A DNA stretch of 21,544 bases from an uncultured Planctomycetaceae bacterium (GCA_963815195.1 CAWFGE010000025.1:1-21544), one strand, 5' to 3'. Counted from the first letter of the stretch, positions 1-8,439 are shown. Notes: a model not told the origin generated them from the sequence alone. A program made the numbers and translations.

Positions 1-1117
1 CGGCCCAAAGCGGTTCCTGGTAATGCTGGCCCCATTCGCGGCCGTAATGATCGAAGGCCACTTTCGGGGTGTCGCCCATCAACTCGGCGAGCGTTTCGAT
101 GGAGCATCCCACTCCCTCGTTCCAAAAACCAGCCAGCATGCGGTGAGCAAACGTGTGCCGGCAGGTGTAGCAGGAGTAATTTTTCCGCGCGGGTTCTTGA
201 TCCCAGCCGAGTTCGCGTTTGATCTTCCGAAAACGGGCGCCGCCGGTGACTTTCTTCCAGGGGCGGCCCTGCGGATTGCGAAAGACAACGGCCCCGGACT
301 CTCCCGCGGTCGGGGAAATCAAATCCCGAGTCAATTCCGCGACCTCCGATCGCACCGGAATTTTTCGCGTCTTCTTGGTCTTCGAAGAGTAAACCCGCCA
401 CATCATCCCGCGCTCGGTTTCCTCCACATCTGCGACCGTCAAACGTGCCAATTCGCAAAACGGCCGCAGGCCCGTCTGAATTGCGGCAAAGAGAAAATTG
501 GCGAATGCCTCATCCGTCGCGGAATAGAGGAGGGCCTCTTCCTCAGGATCAATGGATTGCAACCGCGGTTTTTGCGGCGGCTTTTTGAGCCCCGTCAGCG
601 GGTTCGGCACGTCGTACATATCCTGAGCATGATTGAAGGCGCCCAACACGATCGTCATTGCATTTCGCTTCGTGACCGGGGATTTCCAAGTGGAGCGGCT
701 TTCGACCCAATGCTGCACGTGCCCTTTTCGTAAGTCATTCACCGGCAGCGCCCCACAGTAGCCACAGAAATCGTTTAGATAACGCACGACCTCTTCATGG
801 TATTCCATTCGAATCATTTCCTTGGTCGCTCGCTGTTCACAATAATCGATGAAATGTGAACACACTTTCGCCACGACCCACTGGTCTTCGCTGGCCTGTT
901 CCGCGGAGGGGCGCCAGTTGCCCGCGGCTTTCACGCGAGCCAGAGCCAGTTCCGCGGCGGGCCGATTTTCCTTGCCCCGGATCGGATCCCCCGCTTCATC
1001 ATACAGCCGCACGCGGCCTTTGGTTCCCGGTGGAGTGAAATACCAGCTGTCGGTCTGTTTCCAATACCAGGCTTTCCCGCGAGATCGCCGTTGACGGCCC
1101 GTGTTGTTGTTTGTCAT
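1..1117 (-). CDS. Tyrosine recombinase/integrase, paralog B (3' end runs off the window)
   Basis: Not in the ORF track. Translated by hand from ATG 1117 (ATGA overlap with the stop of paralog A): MTNNNTGRQRRSRGKAWYWKQTDSWYFT...TGLRPFCELA...SSKTKKTRKIPVR...YSCYTCRHTFAHRML...LAELMGDTPKVAFDHYGREWGQHYQEPLWA. Open for 372 codons to the window edge. Confidence 0.9.
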   Translation of the reverse strand, partial: MTNNNTGRQRRSRGKAWYWKQTDSWYFTPPGTKGRVRLYDEAGDPIRGKENRPAAELALARVKAAGNWRPSAEQASEDQWVVAKVCSHFIDYCEQRATKEMIRMEYHEEVVRYLNDFCGYCGALPVNDLRKGHVQHWVESRSTWKSPVTKRNAMTIVLGAFNHAQDMYDVPNPLTGLKKPPQKPRLQSIDPEEEALLYSATDEAFANFLFAAIQTGLRPFCELARLTVADVEETERGMMWRVYSSKTKKTRKIPVRSEVAELTRDLISPTAGESGAVVFRNPQGRPWKKVTGGARFRKIKRELGWDQEPARKNYSCYTCRHTFAHRMLAGFWNEGVGCSIETLAELMGDTPKVAFDHYGREWGQHYQEPLWA

Positions 1118-2412
1118 GCCTTCGACTTTCTCCTTGGGGGTGAGGCGGCTCGCTTTTGCTTTTTCTGAGTCGCCGACTTCGAGGCCGAGCGGGATTTTTT
1201 ATCGTGCGGTCGGCCGGATTTCGAGCGGCTTTTCGCCGAGGTTTTTTCGTCGGCTGCATTGGACTCGGCTTTGGCGTCTCCGTCGCGGGCTTCCCCGATG
1301 GCGTTCCAGAGCGGATCCTGATAATGCTGGCCCCACTCCCTGCCGTAATGCTCAAAAGCCACCTTCGGCGTATCGCCGATGAGTTCCGCCAGGGTTTCGA
1401 TGGAGCAACCCACTCCGTCCGTCCAATACCCGGAAAGCATCCGATGAGCAAAGGTATGGCGGCAGGTGTAACAGGAATACTTCCCCTTAATGGGATCCTG
1501 GTCCCAGCCCAACTTCTTTTTGATCGCGATAAACCGCACCACGCCGGTGGTCCGCTTCCAAGGATTGCCTTGGGTGTTCCGAAGGAGGGGCAATCCCGAG
1601 CCCTTGGGGGCCGTTTCCATCAAAGTTCGCGTCAACTCGGCCACCTCCGGCCGCACGGGGATCTTCCGTGTCTTTTTGGTCTTGGACGAATAGACCCGCC
1701 ACATCATCCCCCGCGGCGTCTCTTCCACGTCATCCGCTGTCATTTTCGCCAACTCGCAAAACGGTCGCAGGCCGGTATGGATGCTGGCGAACAGGAACTC
1801 CTTAAAACGGGGTTCGGTGGCTTCATAGATCGCCTGTTCCTCTTCCGGCGTCAGGGATGCCAATCGCGGTTCCGCCTTGGGTTTCTTCAATCCTTTGATC
1901 GGATTCGGAATCCCAAACATCTCGGCAGCCCGATTGAACGCTGCCAAGACAATGGCAATCACCCCGGAGCGCGTGGCAGGGCTCCGCCAGGTCGGATGGT
2001 TATCCAACCACTTTTGAACGTGCCCCTTCTTGAGCTGAGCCACCGGAAGGGCTCCGCAGTATCCGCACAAATCGTTCAGCCAGGCGGCGGAGTTATTTCG
2101 ATGCCCCAGGCTGATCGTGCCTTTCGCCAATCCCCGCTCGCAATACTCCAGATACTCGGAACAAACGCGGGCCACGATCCATTGGCCCCCGGCATCTCCG
2201 CCTGCGGGTTCCCGTTCCCAGGTCAATTTTTCCCGAGCCAGTGCGATCTCCGCGGCTTGCCGATTTTCCTTGCCCCGGATTCGTTCCCCTTGCTCATCGA
2301 ACAGCGGCACGCGTTGTTTCGTGCCGGGTCGGGTGTAATACCAACAGTCAGTTTGTTTCCAATGCCACGCGGACCCGTGCGACTGCCTGCGTTTTTTGGA
2401 TTTTCTTCCCAT
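1114..2412 (-). CDS. Tyrosine recombinase/integrase, paralog A (432 aa from the likely start), with a basic C-terminal tail
   Basis: Motifs HTGLRP (Arg I), SSKT (Lys), YTCRHTFA (Arg II) and LIGDT...EHY (Tyr nucleophile). The ORF track starts at 2511, but ATG 2412 follows an AAGGA Shine-Dalgarno and aligns with the start of paralog B. Confidence 0.92.
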   Translation of the reverse strand: MGRKSKKRRQSHGSAWHWKQTDCWYYTRPGTKQRVPLFDEQGERIRGKENRQAAEIALAREKLTWEREPAGGDAGGQWIVARVCSEYLEYCERGLAKGTISLGHRNNSAAWLNDLCGYCGALPVAQLKKGHVQKWLDNHPTWRSPATRSGVIAIVLAAFNRAAEMFGIPNPIKGLKKPKAEPRLASLTPEEEQAIYEATEPRFKEFLFASIHTGLRPFCELAKMTADDVEETPRGMMWRVYSSKTKKTRKIPVRPEVAELTRTLMETAPKGSGLPLLRNTQGNPWKRTTGVVRFIAIKKKLGWDQDPIKGKYSCYTCRHTFAHRMLSGYWTDGVGCSIETLAELIGDTPKVAFEHYGREWGQHYQDPLWNAIGEARDGDAKAESNAADEKTSAKSRSKSGRPHDKKSRSASKSATQKKQKRAASPPRRKSKA

Positions 2413-2433
2413 CGTCCTTTCCGTCCTTTCCGT
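2413..2433. repeat. 9-bp tandem repeat (CGTCCTTTC x2 + CGT) duplicating the recombinase ribosome-binding site
   Basis: Minus strand reads ACGGAAAGG ACGGAAAGG ACG ATG. Confidence 0.7.
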
Positions 2434-2534
2434 GCTCTGCGCCGTATCGCCGCCATTGACCCGCCGCCCGGCGCGATTGATACTAAAGCGGAGTTTTCGA
2501 TATGCCAGCATCAGCCCCTTTGGGAGGCCAGCTC

Positions 2535-4157
2535 ATGTTCTTCTCGCGACGTTTTCCCTTGAATGGATTCCCTGCCCATTTACTACACAAATTTGCTACA
2601 TTCATTCTTATCCTCGGACCAGCCATTTTGTCAATAGGCACTTGCAAAAAAGGGGTATCAGCGGATAATAAGCGTGTACCTAATATTGTACTAATACTTG
2701 CGGACGATTTGGGCTACGGCGATGTGGGCTGCTTCAATCGGGATTGCCCGTTCAAAACGCCCCGCCTCGACCAGATGGCGGCGGAAGGGGCCCGGCTGAC
2801 GAACTTCTACGTCCCCACGCCTTACTGCGCTCCGTCGCGCGGCACGATTTTGACGGGGCGGTATCCGTTCCGGCATTCGGTCGTGAGAAACCCCGCCCCG
2901 GACGTGGGGGCCTCCAACTTCGGCTTGCCGCCGTCGGAGATTACGATCGCGGAACTCCTCAAGTCCGCCGGCTACGCGACGGCGGCTTACGGCAAATGGC
3001 ACCTCGGCCACAAAAAAGACTGGCTGCCCCGCACGCAGGGCTTTGACGAGTACGTCGGCATTTTGTATTCGAACGACATGTTCCCGGTGCAACTCGTGCG
3101 GAACGAGGCCGTCGTCGAATACCCCGTCGTGCAGGCGGAACTCACCCAGCGGTATACGAACCTGGCGATGCGGTTTATCCAGCAGAACAAGGACCAGCCG
3201 TTCTTTCTGTACTTGCCGCACGCGATGCCGCACAAGCCGCTCGCGGCTTCGGACAACTTCTACACCCCCGGAACCCCAGACAATTTGTACGCCGACGTGA
3301 TGTCCGAGTTGGACGACGGCATCGGGCAGGTGCTCGATCTGCTCAAGAAGTTGTCGCTCGACGAAAAGACGCTCGTGATTTTCACCTCGGACAACGGCCC
3401 GTGGTACGGCGGCTCGACGGGTGGGCTGCGGGGGATGAAAGGCCGAACCTGGGAAGGCGGCCTCAGGGTGCCGATGATTGCCCGCATGCCGGGCACGATT
3501 CCTCCGGGCGTCGTCAACGATTCCCCCGCCGGGACGATCGACATTCTGCCCACGGTGTGCAAGCTGGCGGGGGTGGACGTTCCGAGCGACCGCGTGATCG
3601 ACGGCCGCGACGTTTTGTCCATGCTCAAAGATGCCAAAGCCCCCAGCCCGCACGAGGCGATCTTCGGCATGCAGGGCCAGTCGCTGGCGACGATTCGCGC
3701 CGGCCAATGGAAGCTGCACGTCCGCAATCCCGGCCCGCCGCGGTTTATCAATCTTTCCAAGGACGAGCTCGAGAAGTGGGTCGATCCCCGCGGTCCCGAC
3801 GGCGTGATTTTGCTTGCCCCCTACGAGCAAGCCAAGCCGACCCAATACCCCGGCCTGACCACGGGCGATCCGCCGAAAGCGATGATGCTCTTCGACCTCG
3901 CCGCCGACCGGGGCGAGCAGCACGATGTCTCCGCCGAGCATCCGGACGTGGTGAAGCGCCTGCTCGCGATATTCGACAAAGTGAAAGCCGATGTGCCCGA
4001 CTTCCCCGAACCGAAGTCCGATTATCTCTTCAAGACGCCGGCGAAAGGGCCCCGGCCTTTGATGCGGTTGATCGGCGGCGAACTCCGCTACGACCGCATC
4101 CCCAAGCCGCAGGAGCACCTTCTGAAGGAACCTCTTAAGAATTCCAAGGAAGAATGA
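2535..4157 (+). CDS. Formylglycine-dependent sulfatase (arylsulfatase A-like)
   Basis: PNIVLILADDLGYGD, CAPSR (CxPxR), LTGRYP, GKWHLG and FTSDNG motifs. GGGAGG Shine-Dalgarno at 2522-2527 favours ATG 2535 over 2502. Confidence 0.95.
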   Translation: MFFSRRFPLNGFPAHLLHKFATFILILGPAILSIGTCKKGVSADNKRVPNIVLILADDLGYGDVGCFNRDCPFKTPRLDQMAAEGARLTNFYVPTPYCAPSRGTILTGRYPFRHSVVRNPAPDVGASNFGLPPSEITIAELLKSAGYATAAYGKWHLGHKKDWLPRTQGFDEYVGILYSNDMFPVQLVRNEAVVEYPVVQAELTQRYTNLAMRFIQQNKDQPFFLYLPHAMPHKPLAASDNFYTPGTPDNLYADVMSELDDGIGQVLDLLKKLSLDEKTLVIFTSDNGPWYGGSTGGLRGMKGRTWEGGLRVPMIARMPGTIPPGVVNDSPAGTIDILPTVCKLAGVDVPSDRVIDGRDVLSMLKDAKAPSPHEAIFGMQGQSLATIRAGQWKLHVRNPGPPRFINLSKDELEKWVDPRGPDGVILLAPYEQAKPTQYPGLTTGDPPKAMMLFDLAADRGEQHDVSAEHPDVVKRLLAIFDKVKADVPDFPEPKSDYLFKTPAKGPRPLMRLIGGELRYDRIPKPQEHLLKEPLKNSKEE

Positions 4158-4738
4158 TGAGCGAGCACGCCCGGACTTTCGTGGCCGTGGAGATTTCTTT
4201 GCCCGCGGAGTTGCGGACGATACTCCGGCAGTTTCGGGAGATGGGGCGGGCGGTGAAAGCCGCGGACTCGGCCGCGATGCACATCACGCTCAAATTCCTG
4301 GGCGACACACCGATGGAGGAACTCGCCAAGATCGCTAAGGCCGTGGAGTCGGCCTTGGGAAATTGCGAGGCGTTCGAGTTGGAGTCGAAGGGCATCGGGG
4401 CATTCCCGCATTGGGGCCGGCCGCAAGTCGTTTGGGCCGGCGTCGTCCCGGAGGAGCCGCTCGTCCAGATCGCCGACGCTTTGGAAAACACCCTCGAACC
4501 CTTGGGCTTTCCGAAAGAACGGCGGGCGTATCATCCGCATCTCACCTTGGCCCGCATCAAAGCCAAGCCGCCGGCCGAGCTCAAACAAATTGCAGACGCT
4601 CACGAAACACAATCTTTCGGCACGCAAATCATCGACACGGCAATCTACTACCAATCCGAACTCGAACCCACGGGGGCCGTTTACACGCCGCTCTCCACGA
4701 TCCGATTCGAGGGCGGCGCGGATGCGGATAAAAGCTGA
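4154..4738 (+). CDS. thpR: RNA 2',3'-cyclic phosphodiesterase (2H phosphoesterase, LigT/ThpR)
   Basis: RTFVAV N-terminus, two HxT motifs (MHITLKFLG, PHLTLAR) and C-terminal SEL.P.GAVY. ATGA overlap with the sulfatase stop. Confidence 0.92.
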   Translation: MMSEHARTFVAVEISLPAELRTILRQFREMGRAVKAADSAAMHITLKFLGDTPMEELAKIAKAVESALGNCEAFELESKGIGAFPHWGRPQVVWAGVVPEEPLVQIADALENTLEPLGFPKERRAYHPHLTLARIKAKPPAELKQIADAHETQSFGTQIIDTAIYYQSELEPTGAVYTPLSTIRFEGGADADKS

Positions 4739-4823
4739 GCGCGGCGAAACCGTGCCCCGCGGCATTGACCAACGGGGCGAAAAATTCTTTGAGTTCCCTT
4801 TCAAGATGCAGGATGCGTTCAAA

Positions 4824-5310
4824 ATGTCTCACGACCTGGCCCTCATGTTGGCGACATTGGCGCTGGTGTTGAGTTCTTCTTCGAAATCCCTCGATCCGCC
4901 AAAGGACGTGCGGGCGGCTCTGCTGGACTCCGCCGAAAAAAGCGATCCCGATCAACCCGACGGCCGCACGGTGCTCTTGACGCACTTCTCCCATCTCGGC
5001 CGCTTGACCACCTCCAAGGGCAAGACGATCTATGTCGCAGACCGCCGCGCGGTGATCGCCGGCATGCTGGCTCCTGCGCGGCCGGAACGCCATTTTGTTT
5101 TTCGACGGCGAGTTTCGCTTTTTGGGAAAAGTCGGCTACGTCGCCAGCCGGCCGCTTTGGTGCGAGAAGGGCAAGCTGTATTTGTTCGGGGACTTGGATG
5201 GCTTCGCCACCGGATTGTCCGGGAATGTGATTGATGTAACGGAGGGTTACGAGAGCCTCAAAGCCTATCATGCCCATGCTTATGGAAGCTCGGGCGGCAT
5301 CGAGGAATGA
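4824..5310 (+). pseudogene. Secreted hypothetical protein split by a +1 frameshift (about 161 aa if repaired)
   Basis: The signal-peptide-like start MSHDLALMLATLALVLSSS...VIAGMLAP continues naturally as RGRNAILFFDGEFRFLGK...YGSSGGIEE* in the 5095..5310 frame. A TGA at 5053 in that second frame puts the shift after 5055, most plausibly at ~5075. Confidence 0.6.
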
Positions 5311-5315
5311 GATCA

Positions 5316-5342
5316 TTGACGACGCCAGCCGGCGGTTATAAT
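5316..5342 (+). promoter_or_regulatory. Candidate sigma70 promoter
   Basis: TTGACG (5316-5321) and a perfect TATAAT (5337-5342). The 15-bp spacer is short. The predicted start site at ~5349-5351 coincides with the 5' end of the rod structure. Confidence 0.45.
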
Positions 5343-5351
5343 CTTCTATTG

Positions 5352-5537
5352 ACTCAAACGGTAAGCGTGTGGGTGGCTGGGGCGCAAATCCCCTTTGAAT
5401 AAGGCTTAAACTGCGAATGCTGGGGCTGTCACCAGGCGAGAAAAATCTGACACGGCCCCAGACCTCCAATCTCCTTTTTCCTCGGAACACTTCTTTGCGC
5501 CCAGCCACCCCCTCCACTTTCGACTTGCAGTTTGAGT
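5352..5537 (+). ncRNA. Candidate structured RNA: 186-nt rod with internal bubbles (6S RNA-like, or kinase 5' leader)
   Basis: Nested stems found by eye: 5352-5367/5521-5537, 5371-5388/5494-5510, 5397-5404/5473-5480 and 5420-5431/5448-5461. A G.U wobble favours the + strand. Confidence 0.5.
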
Positions 5538-5541
5538 ATTT

Positions 5542-8277
5542 ATGGTGATATGCCCATCTTGCGCAACCCGGCAAACCCAAGCGAGCGAATTCTGCTCCGC
5601 GTGCGGGGTCGCGCTCGGGCCGGAACTTGCGGCCACGGTGATGCACAACGCCAGTGCCCCACCGTCCAAGAGCAGTGTTCCGCCCTCTTCGTCGGTTTCA
5701 TCCCATCATGGACGGTTTCTGCCCGGCACGAAGGTCGCCGACCGCTACCGCATCGTCTCGCTGGTCGGCAAAGGCGGCATGGGTGAAGTTTACCGCGCCG
5801 ACGACCTCAAACTTGGTCATACCGTCGCATTGAAGTTTCTCCCCAAGGAACTCGCCGGCGATCCCCAAAGGCTGGAATACTTTCTCAGCGAGGTCCGGCT
5901 CACGCGGCAAATCAGCCATCCGAACGTTTGCCGGGTGTACGACATCGGCGAGGCCGACGGCCAGCATTTTCTGTCGATGGAGTATATCGATGGCGAGGAT
6001 CTGCGGGTTCTCCTGCGACGCATCGGCAGGCTGCCAGAGGGCAAGGGGATCCAAATCGCTCAGCAACTCTGCGCCGGGCTCGCCGCGGCCCACGAGAAAG
6101 GCGTCCTGCACCGAGACCTCAAACCGGCCAACATCATGCTCGACGGCCGGGGACAGGTGCGAATCACCGATTTCGGCCTGGCGAAGCTGGCCGGGGAGGC
6201 GGCGGAGGGCGAGATTGCCGGCACGCCGGCTTACATGGCTCCCGAACAACTCACGCGGGGGCAGACGACGATTCAAAGCGATCTCTATTCGCTGGGGCTG
6301 ATTCTTTACGAGGTGTTCACGGGAGAGGCGGCCCGAAAAACGAGTTCGCTCCCGGAACTCATCCGGGCCAACGAAGAGTCGTCTTTGTCGCAGACGTTAC
6401 AATTGCCGGACGGCATCAACCCGGCGGTGCAACGGACGATCTCGCGGTGTTTGGAACGGGAACCGCACGAGCGACCGATTTCCGCGAACGCGGTGGCCGC
6501 GAGCCTGCCGGGCGGCGATCCCCTGGCGGCGGCGTTGGCGGCGGGAGAAACACCGTCGCCTGAACTCGTCGCCGCCGCGGGCGGGAGCGGCTTGCTGTCG
6601 CTGAGGACGGCTACGATCTATCTCGCGGTGACACTCATCGGATTGGCGCTGGTCATCCACTTCAATGGAGCGGTGTCGCCGTCCAAAACTTTGAAACCCG
6701 GTGCCGTGGAAATCTTCGCCGGTAAGGCGCGCGAACTCCTCAAGGATTTGCGGCATGACGTTTCGGAGTATGAGAAATACCGGTTCGACCTGGTCAAATA
6801 CAAGGATGAGGAAGAAAGGCGCCTCGAATTCTGGTATCGGAGCAGCCCGAAGCACCTTTTCCAGGAAGAGACCACCGAACACATGTTCCAATGGTGGAGA
6901 AGGGTCGAATTGACCAATCCGCCGCTTGTGGTCCCGCGAATGACGGCCGTCGTGCTCAACGGCGATCAGGCTCTTCGCAAACTCTATGTTGTGCCGGACG
7001 CGACACGAGAGGGTGCCGATCGGCTTGCCAACATCAAGCACGAATACATGAAAGCGGACGGCCAATCGGAGGACGAGGCGAAAAAGGCAGCTGAAACTCG
7101 CTTCCTGCAAAATCTTATCGCGATTGCTGGCCCGGCCTTCAAAGCGGCAAAATTGCCGATTCCTGATGGGGATGAAAAGGACGGTTCGCTCTCCGAGCCG
7201 TTTCCATACTCCGAGGTTCTGTCTCCCAAGACCCGGCCTCCGTTTGCCGTGGATGATTATTTTGTCTTTGAACCGAAGCGAGACAACGATCTGCCGGATG
7301 TTCGCCACATCGAACTGGCCTTGGCTGAGCGAAAGCTCGTTTACTTCAATGTTGTACGCCATCCGACTGTTGGCGAGAAGGAAAGAGGGAATCTCATTGC
7401 CTGGATGGTCAGCCTGTTGATTCTTCCCGTGTTGATGGTCCTCGCTTGGCGAAATACCAGTCGCGGTCGCAGCGATCGGAGAACGGCCTGGCGGGTGGCG
7501 GTGACGATTTTTTTTGTCACACTGCTGGAGCGGCGGCTCAATTGCGGGTTGACCCTCGAGATGTTCCGCTACAGCCTGCTGTTCTCGGCAGGAATGGCAT
7601 TTCAATACTGGGTGTACTATCTCGCTCTCGAGCCGATCGTCCGCAAATTCTGGCCGGGCATTCTGACCGCGTGGAGCCGGGCCATGACGGGACGTTGGCG
7701 CGATCCCAGCCTGGGGCATTCATTGCTCGTGGGCGCAATGATGGGCACCCTAATCCCCTCACTCTACTTCATCCTGGTGGGGGACTCGAAAGATTTTCTT
7801 CAAGCGTCTGCATTCTCCGGCAACACCGAATTATTGGCGCTCGTCCTGCGCCTGATTCGATTTTTCTCGGGCTGGGGCATCTATGTCACGATCATCCTGG
7901 TTCTCTGTCGGATGGTCGTCCGGAGCAATCGGCTGGCTGCCGTGCTGGCGACCGCACTGTTAATGATTTTCTGGATGTTTGACGATGTCGCGGCGCCCAA
8001 TAGATACACGATCGTATTGATCGCCTATTTCATGACCGTGATGTTCTTTTTGATCCGGTTTGGAGTCGTCGCCGCATTTACGTTTTTGTTCTGCCATCAC
8101 TTGCTGATGTGGATTCCTTTCACCGTCGATTTGAAAGGTCCCGATGTGGCGCCGACCCTATTCACGGTGGTCGTCGTGCTCGCGATAGCCGGGTATGGAT
8201 TTTATACGTCCGTCGGAGGACGCAGGTTTTTTGCGAATCTTTTTGCTTCGCAATCTTCCCCCAGTTCAGCTTATTAG
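5542..8277 (+). CDS. Hanks-type Ser/Thr protein kinase with N-terminal zinc ribbon, extracytoplasmic domain and multi-pass membrane C-terminus
   Basis: CPSC...CSACG, GKGGMGEV, VALK, HRDLKPAN, DFG, YMAPE and DLYSLG motifs. One TM after the kinase domain, a hydrophilic domain, then many hydrophobic helices. Confidence 0.95.
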   Translation: MVICPSCATRQTQASEFCSACGVALGPELAATVMHNASAPPSKSSVPPSSSVSSHHGRFLPGTKVADRYRIVSLVGKGGMGEVYRADDLKLGHTVALKFLPKELAGDPQRLEYFLSEVRLTRQISHPNVCRVYDIGEADGQHFLSMEYIDGEDLRVLLRRIGRLPEGKGIQIAQQLCAGLAAAHEKGVLHRDLKPANIMLDGRGQVRITDFGLAKLAGEAAEGEIAGTPAYMAPEQLTRGQTTIQSDLYSLGLILYEVFTGEAARKTSSLPELIRANEESSLSQTLQLPDGINPAVQRTISRCLEREPHERPISANAVAASLPGGDPLAAALAAGETPSPELVAAAGGSGLLSLRTATIYLAVTLIGLALVIHFNGAVSPSKTLKPGAVEIFAGKARELLKDLRHDVSEYEKYRFDLVKYKDEEERRLEFWYRSSPKHLFQEETTEHMFQWWRRVELTNPPLVVPRMTAVVLNGDQALRKLYVVPDATREGADRLANIKHEYMKADGQSEDEAKKAAETRFLQNLIAIAGPAFKAAKLPIPDGDEKDGSLSEPFPYSEVLSPKTRPPFAVDDYFVFEPKRDNDLPDVRHIELALAERKLVYFNVVRHPTVGEKERGNLIAWMVSLLILPVLMVLAWRNTSRGRSDRRTAWRVAVTIFFVTLLERRLNCGLTLEMFRYSLLFSAGMAFQYWVYYLALEPIVRKFWPGILTAWSRAMTGRWRDPSLGHSLLVGAMMGTLIPSLYFILVGDSKDFLQASAFSGNTELLALVLRLIRFFSGWGIYVTIILVLCRMVVRSNRLAAVLATALLMIFWMFDDVAAPNRYTIVLIAYFMTVMFFLIRFGVVAAFTFLFCHHLLMWIPFTVDLKGPDVAPTLFTVVVVLAIAGYGFYTSVGGRRFFANLFASQSSPSSAY

Positions 8278-8337
8278 GTGACGGCGTGGATCTCGGAATT
8301 CTCTGCGGGATTTGATGAAGGAAATCCCATAACTCCG

Positions 8338-8374
8338 ATAAAAATGCCCACTTGCGAAAAAATCGCAAGCGGGC
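8338..8374 (-). terminator. Intrinsic terminator for the minus-strand cls/phosphatase run
   Basis: Minus strand GCCCGCTTGCGA-TTTTT-TCGCAAGTGGGC (12-bp stem, one G.U) followed by ATTTTTAT, located between converging genes. Confidence 0.65.
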
Positions 8375-8439
8375 TGGAGTGGAGCCGAAGGAACCCACGA
8401 ACGCCATCCTCTAACCGCACGAGGAGTGGCTCGAACGGG

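Noticed and set aside
23..2562. Long + strand ORFs 23..733 and 1156..2562 that resemble each other
   Set aside because: They are antisense shadows of the two recombinase paralogs, and their similarity follows from that duplication.
2665..2700. AT-rich quasi-palindrome as a chromosomal dif site
   Set aside because: No recognisable XerD arm (TTATGTTAAAT); kept only as a candidate att-related sequence.
5352..5537. The long rod read as an attC site for the integron
   Set aside because: The ends (CTCAAAC/GTTTGAG) do not fit RYYYAAC/GTTRRRY, it is unusually long, and it lies 15 kb from intI across core genes.
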